From Candidatus Omnitrophota bacterium (lineage in GTDB: Bacteria; Omnitrophota; Gorgyraeia; 2-01-FULL-45-10), in assembly GCA_041650935.1 (NCBI GenBank), contig JBAZKH010000008.1, positions 8,825-72,824 on the forward strand: a DNA stretch of 64,000 nt, read 5' to 3'. The notes under the pieces are model-generated. The model saw only the letters and a list, made by a program, of their open reading frames with translations, made no database searches and was not told the DNA's origin. Position 1 is the stretch's first letter, and each line of letters begins with the position of its first letter. A program made the translations under genes and the position numbers. Positions 19,570 through 28,879 of the stretch are shown piece after piece.

Positions 19570-20388
19570 TTATCTGACCGCCTTCTCTATCCGCTTCAAT
19601 TTAAGAAGCAGTTCTTCAAGATCCTTTAACCTAACCATGTTCGGCCCGTCGCTTAAGGCAGCGTCCGGGTCCTCATGAACCTCCATAAAGATACCGTCGG
19701 CCGCGCAGGCAATCGCCGCCGCCGCAAGATATGGAATAAAGCGCCTGTCTCCTGCCGACTTATCGCCGAGCCCGCCCGGCATCTGGACCGAATGAGTGGC
19801 ATCATAGACCACGGGATAGCCGAAATCTCTCATTATAGGTATGGACCGGAAGTCGCTTACGAGATTATTGTATCCGAAGCTTACACCGCGGTCGGTAAGG
19901 ATTATCTTCTTATTTCCCGTCGACTCTATCTTTTTAATGACGTTCTTCATGTCCCATGGCGCCAGGAACTGGCCCTTCTTTATATTGATGACCCTGCCAG
20001 ATTCCGCCGCCGCAACAATGAGATCGGTCTGCCGGGACAGGAAGGCCGGTATCTGGATTATATCGAGTACTTTCGCGGCGGCTTTTATATCGGCCCTGCA
20101 ATGGACATCAGAGACCACCGGCACGCGCAGTTCCGTCTTGACCCTCTCCAGTATGGCAAGCCCTTTCCTGAGTCCGGGGCCGCGAAAAGAATCTATCGAC
20201 GTCCTGTTGGCTTTATCGAAGCTCGTCTTATAAACAAACGGGATACCGAGTTTCGCGGTTATTGCCTTCAGCGATTTTGCATGGCGCAGGGCGCTAGACT
20301 CCGACTCTATCACGCAGGGCCCCGCTATCAGGACAAACGGATTATCGCCGCCTAATTTAATATTGCCTATTTGGACATCCCGCATCAT
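19570..20388 (-). CDS. kdsA: 3-deoxy-8-phosphooctulonate synthase
   Basis: The N-terminus is IAGPCVIES, typical of the KDO8P synthase family. Confidence 0.9.
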   Translation of the reverse strand: MMRDVQIGNIKLGGDNPFVLIAGPCVIESESSALRHAKSLKAITAKLGIPFVYKTSFDKANRTSIDSFRGPGLRKGLAILERVKTELRVPVVSDVHCRADIKAAAKVLDIIQIPAFLSRQTDLIVAAAESGRVINIKKGQFLAPWDMKNVIKKIESTGNKKIILTDRGVSFGYNNLVSDFRSIPIMRDFGYPVVYDATHSVQMPGGLGDKSAGDRRFIPYLAAAAIACAADGIFMEVHEDPDAALSDGPNMVRLKDLEELLLKLKRIEKAVR

Positions 20389-21137
20389 AACTGTTCCCGC
20401 TCTTTTAACAATGCGTCTTCGGCCCTCTTCAAGTCCTCGGGCCTGTCGATCCCGATCGTATCGAGCTTCGTCTCGACTATCTTTATCTTGTAACCGTTTT
20501 CGATAACTCTCAGCTGTTCGAGCTTCTCTGCGTTTTCAAGCGTAGACTTGGGAAGGTTCCTGAATGTAAAGAGAAAGTCCTTGGTAAACGCATATAGTCC
20601 TATGTGCTTATAGTAGACCGGGCGCTTCGACTCGTCAACCTCGCTGGTCCTGTTATATGGGATGGCATAACGCGAGAAATATATCGCGTAACCGTTCTTG
20701 TCGAATACCACCTTAACGACGTTCGAATTCGTAAGCTCGGCATCGTCTTCCACTTTTTTTATCACCGTCGCCATCTGGGCCGTCTTCTCGTCCTGGAGCG
20801 CTATGACAAGACTGTCGATGATAAGGGGTTTGACAAGCGGTTCGTCTCCCTGTATATTCACCGCTATATCTACCGGCAGCGGGTTAACGACCTCGGCCAG
20901 CCTATCCGTTCCCGACGGCTGGTCGGGCGAGGTGTATACGGCTTTGCCGCCGAAGCCTTCCACAACTTTCATTATGCGTTCGTCATCGCAGGCAACTATG
21001 AGATCATCCAGCGTCTTCGACTTCTTAGCATTCTCCCACACGTGCTGTATGACCGGCTTCCCCAGAAGGTTGGCCAGCACTTTTCCCTCAAACCTCGTTG
21101 CGCCCCAACGCGCCGGTATTACTCCTATTACCCTCAT
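20385..21137 (-). CDS. kdsB: 3-deoxy-manno-octulosonate cytidylyltransferase (CMP-Kdo synthetase)
   Basis: The N-terminus is MRVIGVIPARWGATRF. It overlaps kdsA by 4 nt (ATGA). Confidence 0.9.
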   Translation of the reverse strand: MRVIGVIPARWGATRFEGKVLANLLGKPVIQHVWENAKKSKTLDDLIVACDDERIMKVVEGFGGKAVYTSPDQPSGTDRLAEVVNPLPVDIAVNIQGDEPLVKPLIIDSLVIALQDEKTAQMATVIKKVEDDAELTNSNVVKVVFDKNGYAIYFSRYAIPYNRTSEVDESKRPVYYKHIGLYAFTKDFLFTFRNLPKSTLENAEKLEQLRVIENGYKIKIVETKLDTIGIDRPEDLKRAEDALLKEREQL

Positions 21138-21140
21138 TTA

Positions 21141-22187
21141 TCAGGCTCCTTCAGAGTTCGACTTTTGACGCGCGTAGTAGAACTCCCTCTTTATCCTATC
21201 TAAAAGTTCATCCGGCGTCACTACCGCTATCCCCACTTTCCCCACGACGATACCGGCCGCGCAATTAGCTATATGCGCCGACATTACCGGGTCGGCGCCC
21301 GCCGCAAGCGCCAGTGTATAGGTTGCGATAACGGTATCGCCCGCGCCGGAGACATCGAAGACCTCCTGCGCTACCGTAGGTATCTGTTCCATCGGTTTAG
21401 ATTTCTGGAAAACGGCCATGCCGTTCTCGCCCAGCGTAATGAGCACGATCTTGCAATCGAGCCTGGTCAATAATGCCGCTCCCGCCCTGCGCAGTGTAGC
21501 GCCGTCTTTGATCTCGAACCCGACTGCCCTTGAGGCCTCGTGATTGTTCGGGGTGATTACGCTTACCCCTTTATAATACTTGAAATTTTCCTCTTTGGGG
21601 TCGACCGATATGATCTTACCGTACCGCTTGGCCACGGGGACCACTTTGCTGAGGAGCTTCGATGTTATAACGCCCTTTCCGTAATCCTCTATTATGACGG
21701 CATCGACCTTCTGCATAAGACTCCCGATATATTTGACAAGCCTGGATAGTATATCGCTGCTGAGCGGCTCGATATGCTCCTTATCGATCCTCACGACCTG
21801 CTGGTGCTGGGCCACAACACGCGTTTTGAGTATCGTCGGCCTGGAATCGTCCGTCAGGATACCGTCGGTATGGATACCTTTCTGCTCGAGTTCGCTCTTC
21901 AGGATCGCCCCGCGCTCATCGTCGCCGATTACGCCGGCCAGGTAGACGTTCGCGCCGAGAGAGCGCAGGTTACTGGCGACATTCGATGCTCCTCCCGGCA
22001 TAAAGCTCTCCTTCCTGACCCAGACGACCGGCACGGGAGCTTCCGGCGATATGCGGGAGACATCGCCCCACAGGAATTCATCCAGTATCAGGTCACCGAT
22101 AACGAGAACGCGTGTCCGCGAAAAATTCCTTATCTTCTTCAGTATTTTATCGAAGTTTACTGTATGCATGGCATCATATCTTTTCAA
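21141..22187 (-). CDS. hldA: D-glycero-beta-D-manno-heptose 7-phosphate kinase (PfkB family; HldE domain I / HldA-like)
   Basis: It has ribokinase-like motifs (GGASNVA, DVSGAGDT). It lies between the kds genes and the heptosyltransferases. Confidence 0.8.
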   Translation of the reverse strand: MKRYDAMHTVNFDKILKKIRNFSRTRVLVIGDLILDEFLWGDVSRISPEAPVPVVWVRKESFMPGGASNVASNLRSLGANVYLAGVIGDDERGAILKSELEQKGIHTDGILTDDSRPTILKTRVVAQHQQVVRIDKEHIEPLSSDILSRLVKYIGSLMQKVDAVIIEDYGKGVITSKLLSKVVPVAKRYGKIISVDPKEENFKYYKGVSVITPNNHEASRAVGFEIKDGATLRRAGAALLTRLDCKIVLITLGENGMAVFQKSKPMEQIPTVAQEVFDVSGAGDTVIATYTLALAAGADPVMSAHIANCAAGIVVGKVGIAVVTPDELLDRIKREFYYARQKSNSEGA

Positions 22188-23112
22188 TAATAGAACGGTA
22201 GAGCAGCGGGAACATTATCTCGTGATGGCCGATAATATTGTAACCCTTGCCGCCGGAAGACGTAGGCCGCGAAAGTATATTCTGGTAGGGCCTGTACTGG
22301 CTTATCATGTCGAAGTTGGCGGCGGTAAAGTCGTCAAGCTTATGACCAAGGTTCCGCGCCACCGTTACCGCTTTTAAAAATACTTCGGGCAATATAACCG
22401 CCGAACCGAAATTTATAAGCACGCCTTTTTCAAGCCTGCCCACGCTATAAATAAAGTTCCTGAAATCGAGAAGCGACCCCTCGCCCAGGGCCTCGCCGTT
22501 AGCTGAAGGATGCTGGTGAATGATGTCTGTACCTATCGCTACATGAACGGTCACCGGGATATTCAGCTTGCTGCCGGTCGCCAGTATGCTTAAATCCCTG
22601 TGCGGCTGGCGCGTCTTTACTATCCTGCCGCCGACGGCCTCGCCGATGCCTATGCCTTTACCGAACCCGTCATTTATCGCGCCGTTTATGAAGCTCGCCG
22701 TCTCCTTAGCCATTCCGAAGGAGCCGTCGAGTATGCCCTCCCCGACGTCCTCGCTCGTCCTGCCTATCAGGGCTATCTCGGTATCGTGGATTACTCCGGC
22801 ACCGTTCAAGGCAACCGCCTTTATGACGCCGCGCCTCATAAGGTCGACAACAAGCGGCGAAAGGCCGCACTTTATCACATGCGCGCCCATCATCAGGATC
22901 ACCATCCGCCGGCCCTTATAAGCGCGGACTATTTTATCGACCAACGTCTGAAAATTCCGGCTGACAAGGATGTCCGGCAGCGAGGCATAAAACTCCTTAA
23001 ACGATGCCCCTTTCCGGCCCGGCCTAGCAAAATCTTTTATCGATACCTTGCATTTTCGCGCATCGAGGGATATTGTCTTTATCTTAGCGAGGTCTACCCT
23101 CTCTCTTTTCAT
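22174..23112 (-). CDS. deoxyhypusine synthase-like (DHS family) protein
   Basis: The segments GAHVIKCGLSPLVVDLMRRGVIKAVALNGAGVIHDTEIAL and NIPVTVHVAIGTDII resemble the DHS core (TTAGGVEEDLIK and NIPVF...G). The match is recalled from memory, so it is tentative. Confidence 0.45.
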   Translation of the reverse strand: MKRERVDLAKIKTISLDARKCKVSIKDFARPGRKGASFKEFYASLPDILVSRNFQTLVDKIVRAYKGRRMVILMMGAHVIKCGLSPLVVDLMRRGVIKAVALNGAGVIHDTEIALIGRTSEDVGEGILDGSFGMAKETASFINGAINDGFGKGIGIGEAVGGRIVKTRQPHRDLSILATGSKLNIPVTVHVAIGTDIIHQHPSANGEALGEGSLLDFRNFIYSVGRLEKGVLINFGSAVILPEVFLKAVTVARNLGHKLDDFTAANFDMISQYRPYQNILSRPTSSGGKGYNIIGHHEIMFPLLYRSIIEKI

Positions 23113-23172
23113 CTGCGCACCTTCCTTTCAGCATAAAAGGGATATTTTAACATGAAGAGGAAAAAGCCGCTA

Positions 23173-23637
23173 CTACTTTTTATTGCGCTTCAGCTCTCCA
23201 TGGATATCTATTTCGATAACTTCCTCCAGCTTCACCTCAAATATGACAAATTTTTCGCTGATAAGTATTTCGAACGTATCATGGGTAGGGTGACCGCGGA
23301 CCTCATCTATAATATGCTGGGTCGTAAGGCGGACTTCCTTATCCATCATCTCTTTGCGCATCTTATTGTACAGCTTCCCCCGGGACATTATCTTTACCTT
23401 GCCATTGAGCTGGTACCCTTTTAAAGTCCTTGTATCGACGATCGACATCGATACTTGCGGGTTAGCTTTGAGATTCTTCCATGTCATTCCTATGACATAG
23501 TCTACAAGGTATATGTAATTACCTTCTCTCTTCAGGATGAATTTCGGCGCTGCGCTGGGATGCCCATCAAAATCGCAGGTAGCGACGCTGATGAACTCTC
23601 TTGTCTCCAAGAGATCGGCAAGCTCTTTAGGAAGCAT
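23173..23637 (-). CDS. pyridoxamine 5'-phosphate oxidase-like FMN-binding split-barrel protein
   Basis: At 154 aa it fits the PNPOx-like family pattern, with a conserved FISVAT segment. Confidence 0.55.
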   Translation of the reverse strand: MLPKELADLLETREFISVATCDFDGHPSAAPKFILKREGNYIYLVDYVIGMTWKNLKANPQVSMSIVDTRTLKGYQLNGKVKIMSRGKLYNKMRKEMMDKEVRLTTQHIIDEVRGHPTHDTFEILISEKFVIFEVKLEEVIEIDIHGELKRNKK

Positions 23638-23735
23638 ATTCCCTCTCAGGTTGTTCGTTTAGTGGATAGCATATAGCGCACGGCAAGCAGCGTTAAACTT
23701 TCCTATACCCTATCTACTATTATATACCGCATACC

Positions 23736-24809
23736 CTACACGCTGAACCTTACGTTAATAATGTCTCCGTCTTCTACTATATAATCTTTGCCTTTCAGAT
23801 AGAATTTTCCCGCGTTCTTCACCTTATCTTCTCCGCCCAGGGCCACGAGATCTCCGTACTTCATCACCTCTGCCCTTATAAAGCCCTTCTGAAGGTCCGA
23901 GTGTATCACGCCGGCCGCTTCCGGGGCGCTAGACCCCTTCCGTACGAGCCACTGCCGCACTTCGTCTTCGCCAACGGTGAAGAATGATATTAGATTTAAT
24001 GCCCTGGTCAGGGCGCGCGTAAGCATATCTATCGCGGACTCTTCTATGCCGAGCGAGCCCATAAATTCCCGCTTCTCCTCATCCGACTCAAGACCCGCTA
24101 TCTCCGTTTCGACTTTTGCCGAGACCTGCATAATTTCTATCCTGACGGGCGCAAATTCCGCCTTCAACCCGCCGGCGAATTTAGTCTCTTTTATTTCGCC
24201 TTCGGAAACGTTCAGGACGATCACCATATCCTTAAGCGTCACGAAAGGATAGCTTGTTATCAGCTTCCGCTCATCGGCGCTTAAGCTAAGGAGCCTCAAC
24301 GGCAAGGTCTTATCGAGATGGGCCTTAAGCCGCGAAAGCAGCTCGCGCTCCTTTATCGCCGCGTCCTCTTTTGTCTGCTTTATCTTCTGGTCCAGCCGCT
24401 CCATGCGTTTCTCTACAAAGATGAGGTCGTGAAGCAAGAGCTCCGAATTCACGGAATCTATGTCTCGCCTGGGATCGACGGAACCGTCCGCATGATATAC
24501 GGAATCGTCCTTAAAGACCCTGACAACATGGCATATGGCATCGAGTTCGTTTATGTCCGTAAATATCTCACCCTGCGCGATCGTATCCTTTTCGAGTTTC
24601 GGCAGTGTCTCTATATCAATCCGCGCCCGCACCTCTTTCCGCGGTTTATACATCCCCGCGAGCCTGTCGAAACGCGGATCTTTTATCTCGGCGACACCTT
24701 TGATCGGCTTGCCGGAAATGATCTCCTTCTCCGACGGCTTGTGGTTCGTGAGCAATTCGAAGAGCGTCTTCTTTCCCACCTGCGGCAAGCCTATTATTCC
24801 TATCTTCAC
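23736..24809 (-). CDS. ychF: ribosome-binding ATPase YchF
   Basis: The N-terminus is VKIGIIGLPQVGKKTLF, the YchF/Obg-like G domain. It has a C-terminal TGS domain. The gene starts with GTG. Confidence 0.9.
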   Translation of the reverse strand: MKIGIIGLPQVGKKTLFELLTNHKPSEKEIISGKPIKGVAEIKDPRFDRLAGMYKPRKEVRARIDIETLPKLEKDTIAQGEIFTDINELDAICHVVRVFKDDSVYHADGSVDPRRDIDSVNSELLLHDLIFVEKRMERLDQKIKQTKEDAAIKERELLSRLKAHLDKTLPLRLLSLSADERKLITSYPFVTLKDMVIVLNVSEGEIKETKFAGGLKAEFAPVRIEIMQVSAKVETEIAGLESDEEKREFMGSLGIEESAIDMLTRALTRALNLISFFTVGEDEVRQWLVRKGSSAPEAAGVIHSDLQKGFIRAEVMKYGDLVALGGEDKVKNAGKFYLKGKDYIVEDGDIINVRFSV

Positions 24810-24949
24810 GCGCGCACTTTCTCCTTCCGTATTCTGTTTAACAAATGATTAAAAAAATGCTCTCCATCTATTGCCTTTTCCCGTTTCCTGTGGCATACTT
24901 GATATAGATAAAAGAGGGATACGATAGCGAAAGCCATCGAGGCCTATCA

Positions 24950-24990
24950 CCTCCAAAAGAGACCCCGCAATTGAGGTCTTTTTTGTTATC
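24950..24990. terminator. putative bidirectional intrinsic terminator
   Basis: AGACCCCGCAATTGAGGTCTTTTTTGTT has a hairpin followed by a T-run on the plus strand. On the minus strand the hairpin is followed by TCTTTTGG, downstream of the GT9 operon. Confidence 0.35.
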
Positions 24991-24994
24991 TACT

Positions 24995-25030
24995 CCGTAG
25001 TCACATCACAGTAGACTGATACGAAAAATT
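24995..25030. repeat. family 1 end fragment E plus the conserved 3' tail
   Basis: The sequence TCACATCACAGTAGACTGATACGAAAAATT matches the right inverted repeat of copy A plus its flank (TAGACTGATACGAAAAATT), and it abuts a stop codon. Confidence 0.55.
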
Positions 25031-26101
25031 TTACCTCCCTAAAATTTTCGCGGCCGCCGCAAGCACCTCATCGACCGTTACCGCCTCGAGACACTGAAAA
25101 CCTTTCGCGCAGTCATGCGCGAGACATTCTATGCAGCCGACATCCTTATGGAGCACCACATCGCGCTTGCCTGTCGGCCCCCAGCGCTGCGGCGAAAGCC
25201 CTCTGTCGTGCCTGCCGAATATCGCGATCACAGGCGTACCGACGGCGCACGCTATATGGACCGGTCCGGAATCGTTCGATATGAATAGCCGCGCGCGCCT
25301 CAATACGCTTGCCACATCCGCAACGCTCGTCCTGCCCGCGAGGTTCAGACAATTTTTCTTTAAGCGATTCGATACTCTATCGCCCAGTTCTTTATCCGCG
25401 GCGGAGGCTACAACTATTATCTTTACGCCGTATCGCTCGATCAAGGCCTGCGCGGCCCTGGCAAACTTATCGGGGCTCCACCTCTTCGAAGGGCAGCTGG
25501 CGCCGGGGTTTATTGCCACACAAAGATCGTCTTTACCGATACCCCCCTCGCGCAGCATCTCATCCACCCTCACTTCGGAATGGCCGTTCACGGGCATATA
25601 AAGAGGCTTATCTTTCGGTTCCAGGCCTGTATACCGCAATATATCGAGGGTATAATCGATCTCGTGCTTTAAGCCGTATTGCTTGGTATGCGGCAGGCGG
25701 GTGGTGAGCAAAAACCCCCATTTCCTGTTATACCCTACCGTCTCTGGGATCCCGGCCAGTGAAACCAGAAGGTGCGTCCTCTTCGTCGGGTGCAGGATAA
25801 GGGCTATGTCGAATTTTTTACGGCGTAACGAGCGGATGAAACCCAAATTTCTCAACAGCCCCTTCTCCCGCCCGTTCTTATCGTAGACTATGATTTCATC
25901 GAGGTAAGGATTGCCTTCCAGTATATCCTTGGCATATCTCCTCACCATAAAAGCGATATAGCCATCGGGGCAGACGTCGCGGACAGCCTTGATCACGGGA
26001 GTCGAGAGCAAGACATCCCCTATCCTGTCGAGCCTCACGATCAACACCCGCTTCCCTTCATGCCTTTGGATTTTGGATTTTGGATTTTGGATTTTATTCA
26101 T
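25031..26101 (-). CDS. ADP-heptose:LPS heptosyltransferase (GT9)
   Basis: It has the GT9 N-terminus (RVLIVRLDRIGDVLL) and C-terminal motifs. An alternative GTG start at about 26047 would place the GGATTTT x4 repeat in the 5' UTR. Confidence 0.8.
   Translation of the reverse strand: MNKIQNPKSKIQRHEGKRVLIVRLDRIGDVLLSTPVIKAVRDVCPDGYIAFMVRRYAKDILEGNPYLDEIIVYDKNGREKGLLRNLGFIRSLRRKKFDIALILHPTKRTHLLVSLAGIPETVGYNRKWGFLLTTRLPHTKQYGLKHEIDYTLDILRYTGLEPKDKPLYMPVNGHSEVRVDEMLREGGIGKDDLCVAINPGASCPSKRWSPDKFARAAQALIERYGVKIIVVASAADKELGDRVSNRLKKNCLNLAGRTSVADVASVLRRARLFISNDSGPVHIACAVGTPVIAIFGRHDRGLSPQRWGPTGKRDVVLHKDVGCIECLAHDCAKGFQCLEAVTVDEVLAAAAKILGR
26068..26095. repeat. heptanucleotide tandem repeat (GGATTTT) of 4 units at the 5' end of a GT9 gene
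   Basis: The sequence ggatttt x4 encodes codons 2 to 11 (KIQNPKSKIQ) if the gene starts at ATG 26101. With a GTG start at 26047 it lies in the 5' leader. Confidence 0.8.
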
Positions 26102-27071
26102 ATCCTTCGATCATCATCCTGGCGGTATCGAATACAAGATCGGGAGAGATAAGACGCATACATTCATAGTTCCGCACACATTGCGCCTTTTCGCATGGCG
26201 CGCACGAAAGTTTCTCTTTTATAACAACATCGAATTCGCCCATCGGTCCGTACTTGCGCGGATCCGTGGGACCGAACAGCGCCACCACCTTCACGCCTAC
26301 CGCCGATCCGAGATGGAGCGGCGCGCTGTCATTCGTTATTAGCAGTTTGGCGCGTTTCAGGAGTCCGGCCAGCTGTCTGACGTTGGTCCTGCCGACAAAG
26401 TCGTGGCCCTTATGTTTCATCCGCGCGGTTATCTCCTTTACTATCGCCTCATCTTCTTTAAGTCCGACGAAGACGACGCTTACGCCGCATTCCGCTATCA
26501 ACCTGTCGGCAACCTGCGCGAACCCGTCGGTCGTCCACCTTTTCAAATGACTCTTTGCGCCGGCGTTTATCACGACAACAGGGCCGGTAACACCGCTGTC
26601 TTTAAGGAGTCTGTCGATATGCGCATCGTCTTCGCTTGTAATGTGTATATAGGGAGATTCTTTAAGATTATCTATCCCTACGGATTTCAGTCTGTAGAGA
26701 TGGTGCTCTGTCTTATGCATAAGACTGCGCGGAAATTTTTGTATCGTCGCGGTCCTGAACCGCGGCCCGATGAGCAGAGGAAATACGGTATTACGTATAT
26801 CCACAACCAGGTCGTATTTCAATTTTTTAAGCTTGATCTGCAGCCGCCTCTTCTGGATAATCGGCATATGCTTATCATATATAATGACCTTGAATATATG
26901 AGGGTCCTTCTCGAATATCTCTTTACCCTGCGGACCGACCATCACATCACACCGCGCGCCCGGGAACTCGCCCGAAAGCGCCTTGATGACGGGCGTAGTA
27001 AGGATGATATCGCCTATGTTACTCAAGGTTATTACAAGCATTCTCTTTACTTGTGTTTTGTCGATTATCAT
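26094..27071 (-). CDS. ADP-heptose:LPS heptosyltransferase (GT9), second paralogue
   Basis: It has GT9 motifs (MLVITLSNIGDIILTTP). The probable start is MIIDKTQVKRM. The track ORF is over-extended to 27170. Confidence 0.8.
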   Translation of the reverse strand: MIIDKTQVKRMLVITLSNIGDIILTTPVIKALSGEFPGARCDVMVGPQGKEIFEKDPHIFKVIIYDKHMPIIQKRRLQIKLKKLKYDLVVDIRNTVFPLLIGPRFRTATIQKFPRSLMHKTEHHLYRLKSVGIDNLKESPYIHITSEDDAHIDRLLKDSGVTGPVVVINAGAKSHLKRWTTDGFAQVADRLIAECGVSVVFVGLKEDEAIVKEITARMKHKGHDFVGRTNVRQLAGLLKRAKLLITNDSAPLHLGSAVGVKVVALFGPTDPRKYGPMGEFDVVIKEKLSCAPCEKAQCVRNYECMRLISPDLVFDTARMMIEGYE

Positions 27072-28078
27072 ATCCGGAACCCCGCCGCTTCTTTTAAAAC
27101 ATCCCCGACCTTTATGGCCGCCATACAGCGGTTGTCGGTACATGTAAGATCGTAGCATGGTATGTCGCACATATCGTTCTTCGATATAACCTTATAATTC
27201 CCTTCGCCATATGGTCCCGTAAGGGCGGACGCAGTCGGCCCGAAGAGGCCTATAGTCCGTGCCCTCATGGCGATCGCAAGATGCATCGGCCCGGTATCGT
27301 TGGCTATGACGAGAGCCGCTTTCGAAAATAACGCCCCGAGTTCCTTCAGCGTCGTAGCGCCGGCAGTTACCACGGCGGGGGATTTCATTATACTTTTTAT
27401 CTCTCCGGCAAGCTTTACGTCTTTCTTGGCGCCCGATATCACAATCTTAACGCCGTACAATTCCACCAGTTTATCCGCAAGCGCCGCAAAATTCTCCTTC
27501 GGCCACCGCTTAGGATCCCAGTTGCCGCCGGGGCACAAGACGACTATCCTGTCTTTTTCCGAAATACCCGATGCCCTGAGCAAAACCTCCACATTCCGCC
27601 TGTGCGCTTCGTCTATGAAAAATTCATAGGAGATGCTTTTGGGAACCATCCCGCATGCTCTGGCAATGTTAAGAAAATATTCGACTTTATGCTCTTCTTC
27701 GAGCGGCGTTTCGACAACCTTCGTCAGAAGCGCCGCCCTCTTCTTTGTGGGATAACCTATGCGCTCCCGTATGCCGGCTAGAAACGTTATAAGCGCCTTC
27801 GTAAACGACCTGTGCAGGAGATAGGCCGTATCAAACCTCTTCTTGCGAAGCGCAATGATGAGCCGAAGTTTCCCTAAAAGGCTCCTGTGCGCGCCCTCTT
27901 CGTCATATATGATTATTTCGTCAAGCCTCGGATTGAGTTCCAGCATCTCGGCGCACCGCGGGTGGAGGAGACAGGCAATGTAGCTGTCGGGATATGCGTC
28001 CCTGACGGCGCGTATAAACGGCGTCGAAAAGAGCGTATCGCCTATCCAGTTAACGTTGACTATAAGTATACGTTTCAT
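27068..28078 (-). CDS. ADP-heptose:LPS heptosyltransferase (GT9), third paralogue
   Basis: It has GT9 motifs (MKRILIVNVNWIGDTLF). Confidence 0.8.
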   Translation of the reverse strand: MKRILIVNVNWIGDTLFSTPFIRAVRDAYPDSYIACLLHPRCAEMLELNPRLDEIIIYDEEGAHRSLLGKLRLIIALRKKRFDTAYLLHRSFTKALITFLAGIRERIGYPTKKRAALLTKVVETPLEEEHKVEYFLNIARACGMVPKSISYEFFIDEAHRRNVEVLLRASGISEKDRIVVLCPGGNWDPKRWPKENFAALADKLVELYGVKIVISGAKKDVKLAGEIKSIMKSPAVVTAGATTLKELGALFSKAALVIANDTGPMHLAIAMRARTIGLFGPTASALTGPYGEGNYKVISKNDMCDIPCYDLTCTDNRCMAAIKVGDVLKEAAGFRI

Positions 28079-28090
28079 CGTAATCTTTCT

Positions 28091-28879
28091 CTATTTGAAA
28101 AATGCGTATAATCCCGTCGTCTCCGCCCAGAATACCAGGAGATTATCCGATGAGCGGGAGATCCTGACACGTTTAAGGGCATAGACATCTTCCGCTGACG
28201 CGCTCTCCGAAGGCGTCGATACGGCACAAACGTAACCTGCCGCCGCCGCCGCGGCCTTAGCCCTTCCGTCGAATGCGCCCATCGGGTAGCAAAAGGAGCT
28301 CACCCGCCTGCCGGTCCGCTCCTCCAGGATCCGCCTGGACCACCCCAACTCCTGTTTAAGGATATCATCGCTCGAGTTCAGGAGCCAATGGTGCTCTTTC
28401 GAATGGCTGCCTATCGCAATAATGCCGGAATCGGCCATCTCCCTTATCTCGTCCCAATTCATAAAATTCGGCGAAGTGCCGACCCAGTCTACAACGATAA
28501 ACATGGTAGCCGGTAATCCGTACTTCTTCAGAACAGGATACGCATACAGGTAATTATTGCGAAATCCGTCGTCGAATGTTATCGCCACGGTCTTTCGCGG
28601 CGGCATATCCTTCCGCTTGATATAGGCGGCGGCCTTTTCTAAAGAGACGACGTTGTAATGATTCTTATATAGAAACTCCATCTGCCTGGCAAAGCTCTCT
28701 GGAGAAACGGAGAGTTTGGTATCCTTATTGCCGCTATCGATCGAATGATACATCAGTATGGGAACGACATAAGCGGACTTTACGGCTATGACGGCCGCAA
28801 CGGCTGCCGCGGCAATCATTACCGCGACACCCGCCCATAACAGCCATCGGGGAAATCTTCTACCGTTTTTTCCGGGCAT
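28091..28879 (-). CDS. polysaccharide deacetylase (CE4 / NodB homology domain), membrane-anchored
   Basis: It has an N-terminal TM segment and the CE4 motifs ITFDDG and HS..H. Confidence 0.75.
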   Translation of the reverse strand: MPGKNGRRFPRWLLWAGVAVMIAAAAVAAVIAVKSAYVVPILMYHSIDSGNKDTKLSVSPESFARQMEFLYKNHYNVVSLEKAAAYIKRKDMPPRKTVAITFDDGFRNNYLYAYPVLKKYGLPATMFIVVDWVGTSPNFMNWDEIREMADSGIIAIGSHSKEHHWLLNSSDDILKQELGWSRRILEERTGRRVSSFCYPMGAFDGRAKAAAAAAGYVCAVSTPSESASAEDVYALKRVRISRSSDNLLVFWAETTGLYAFFK

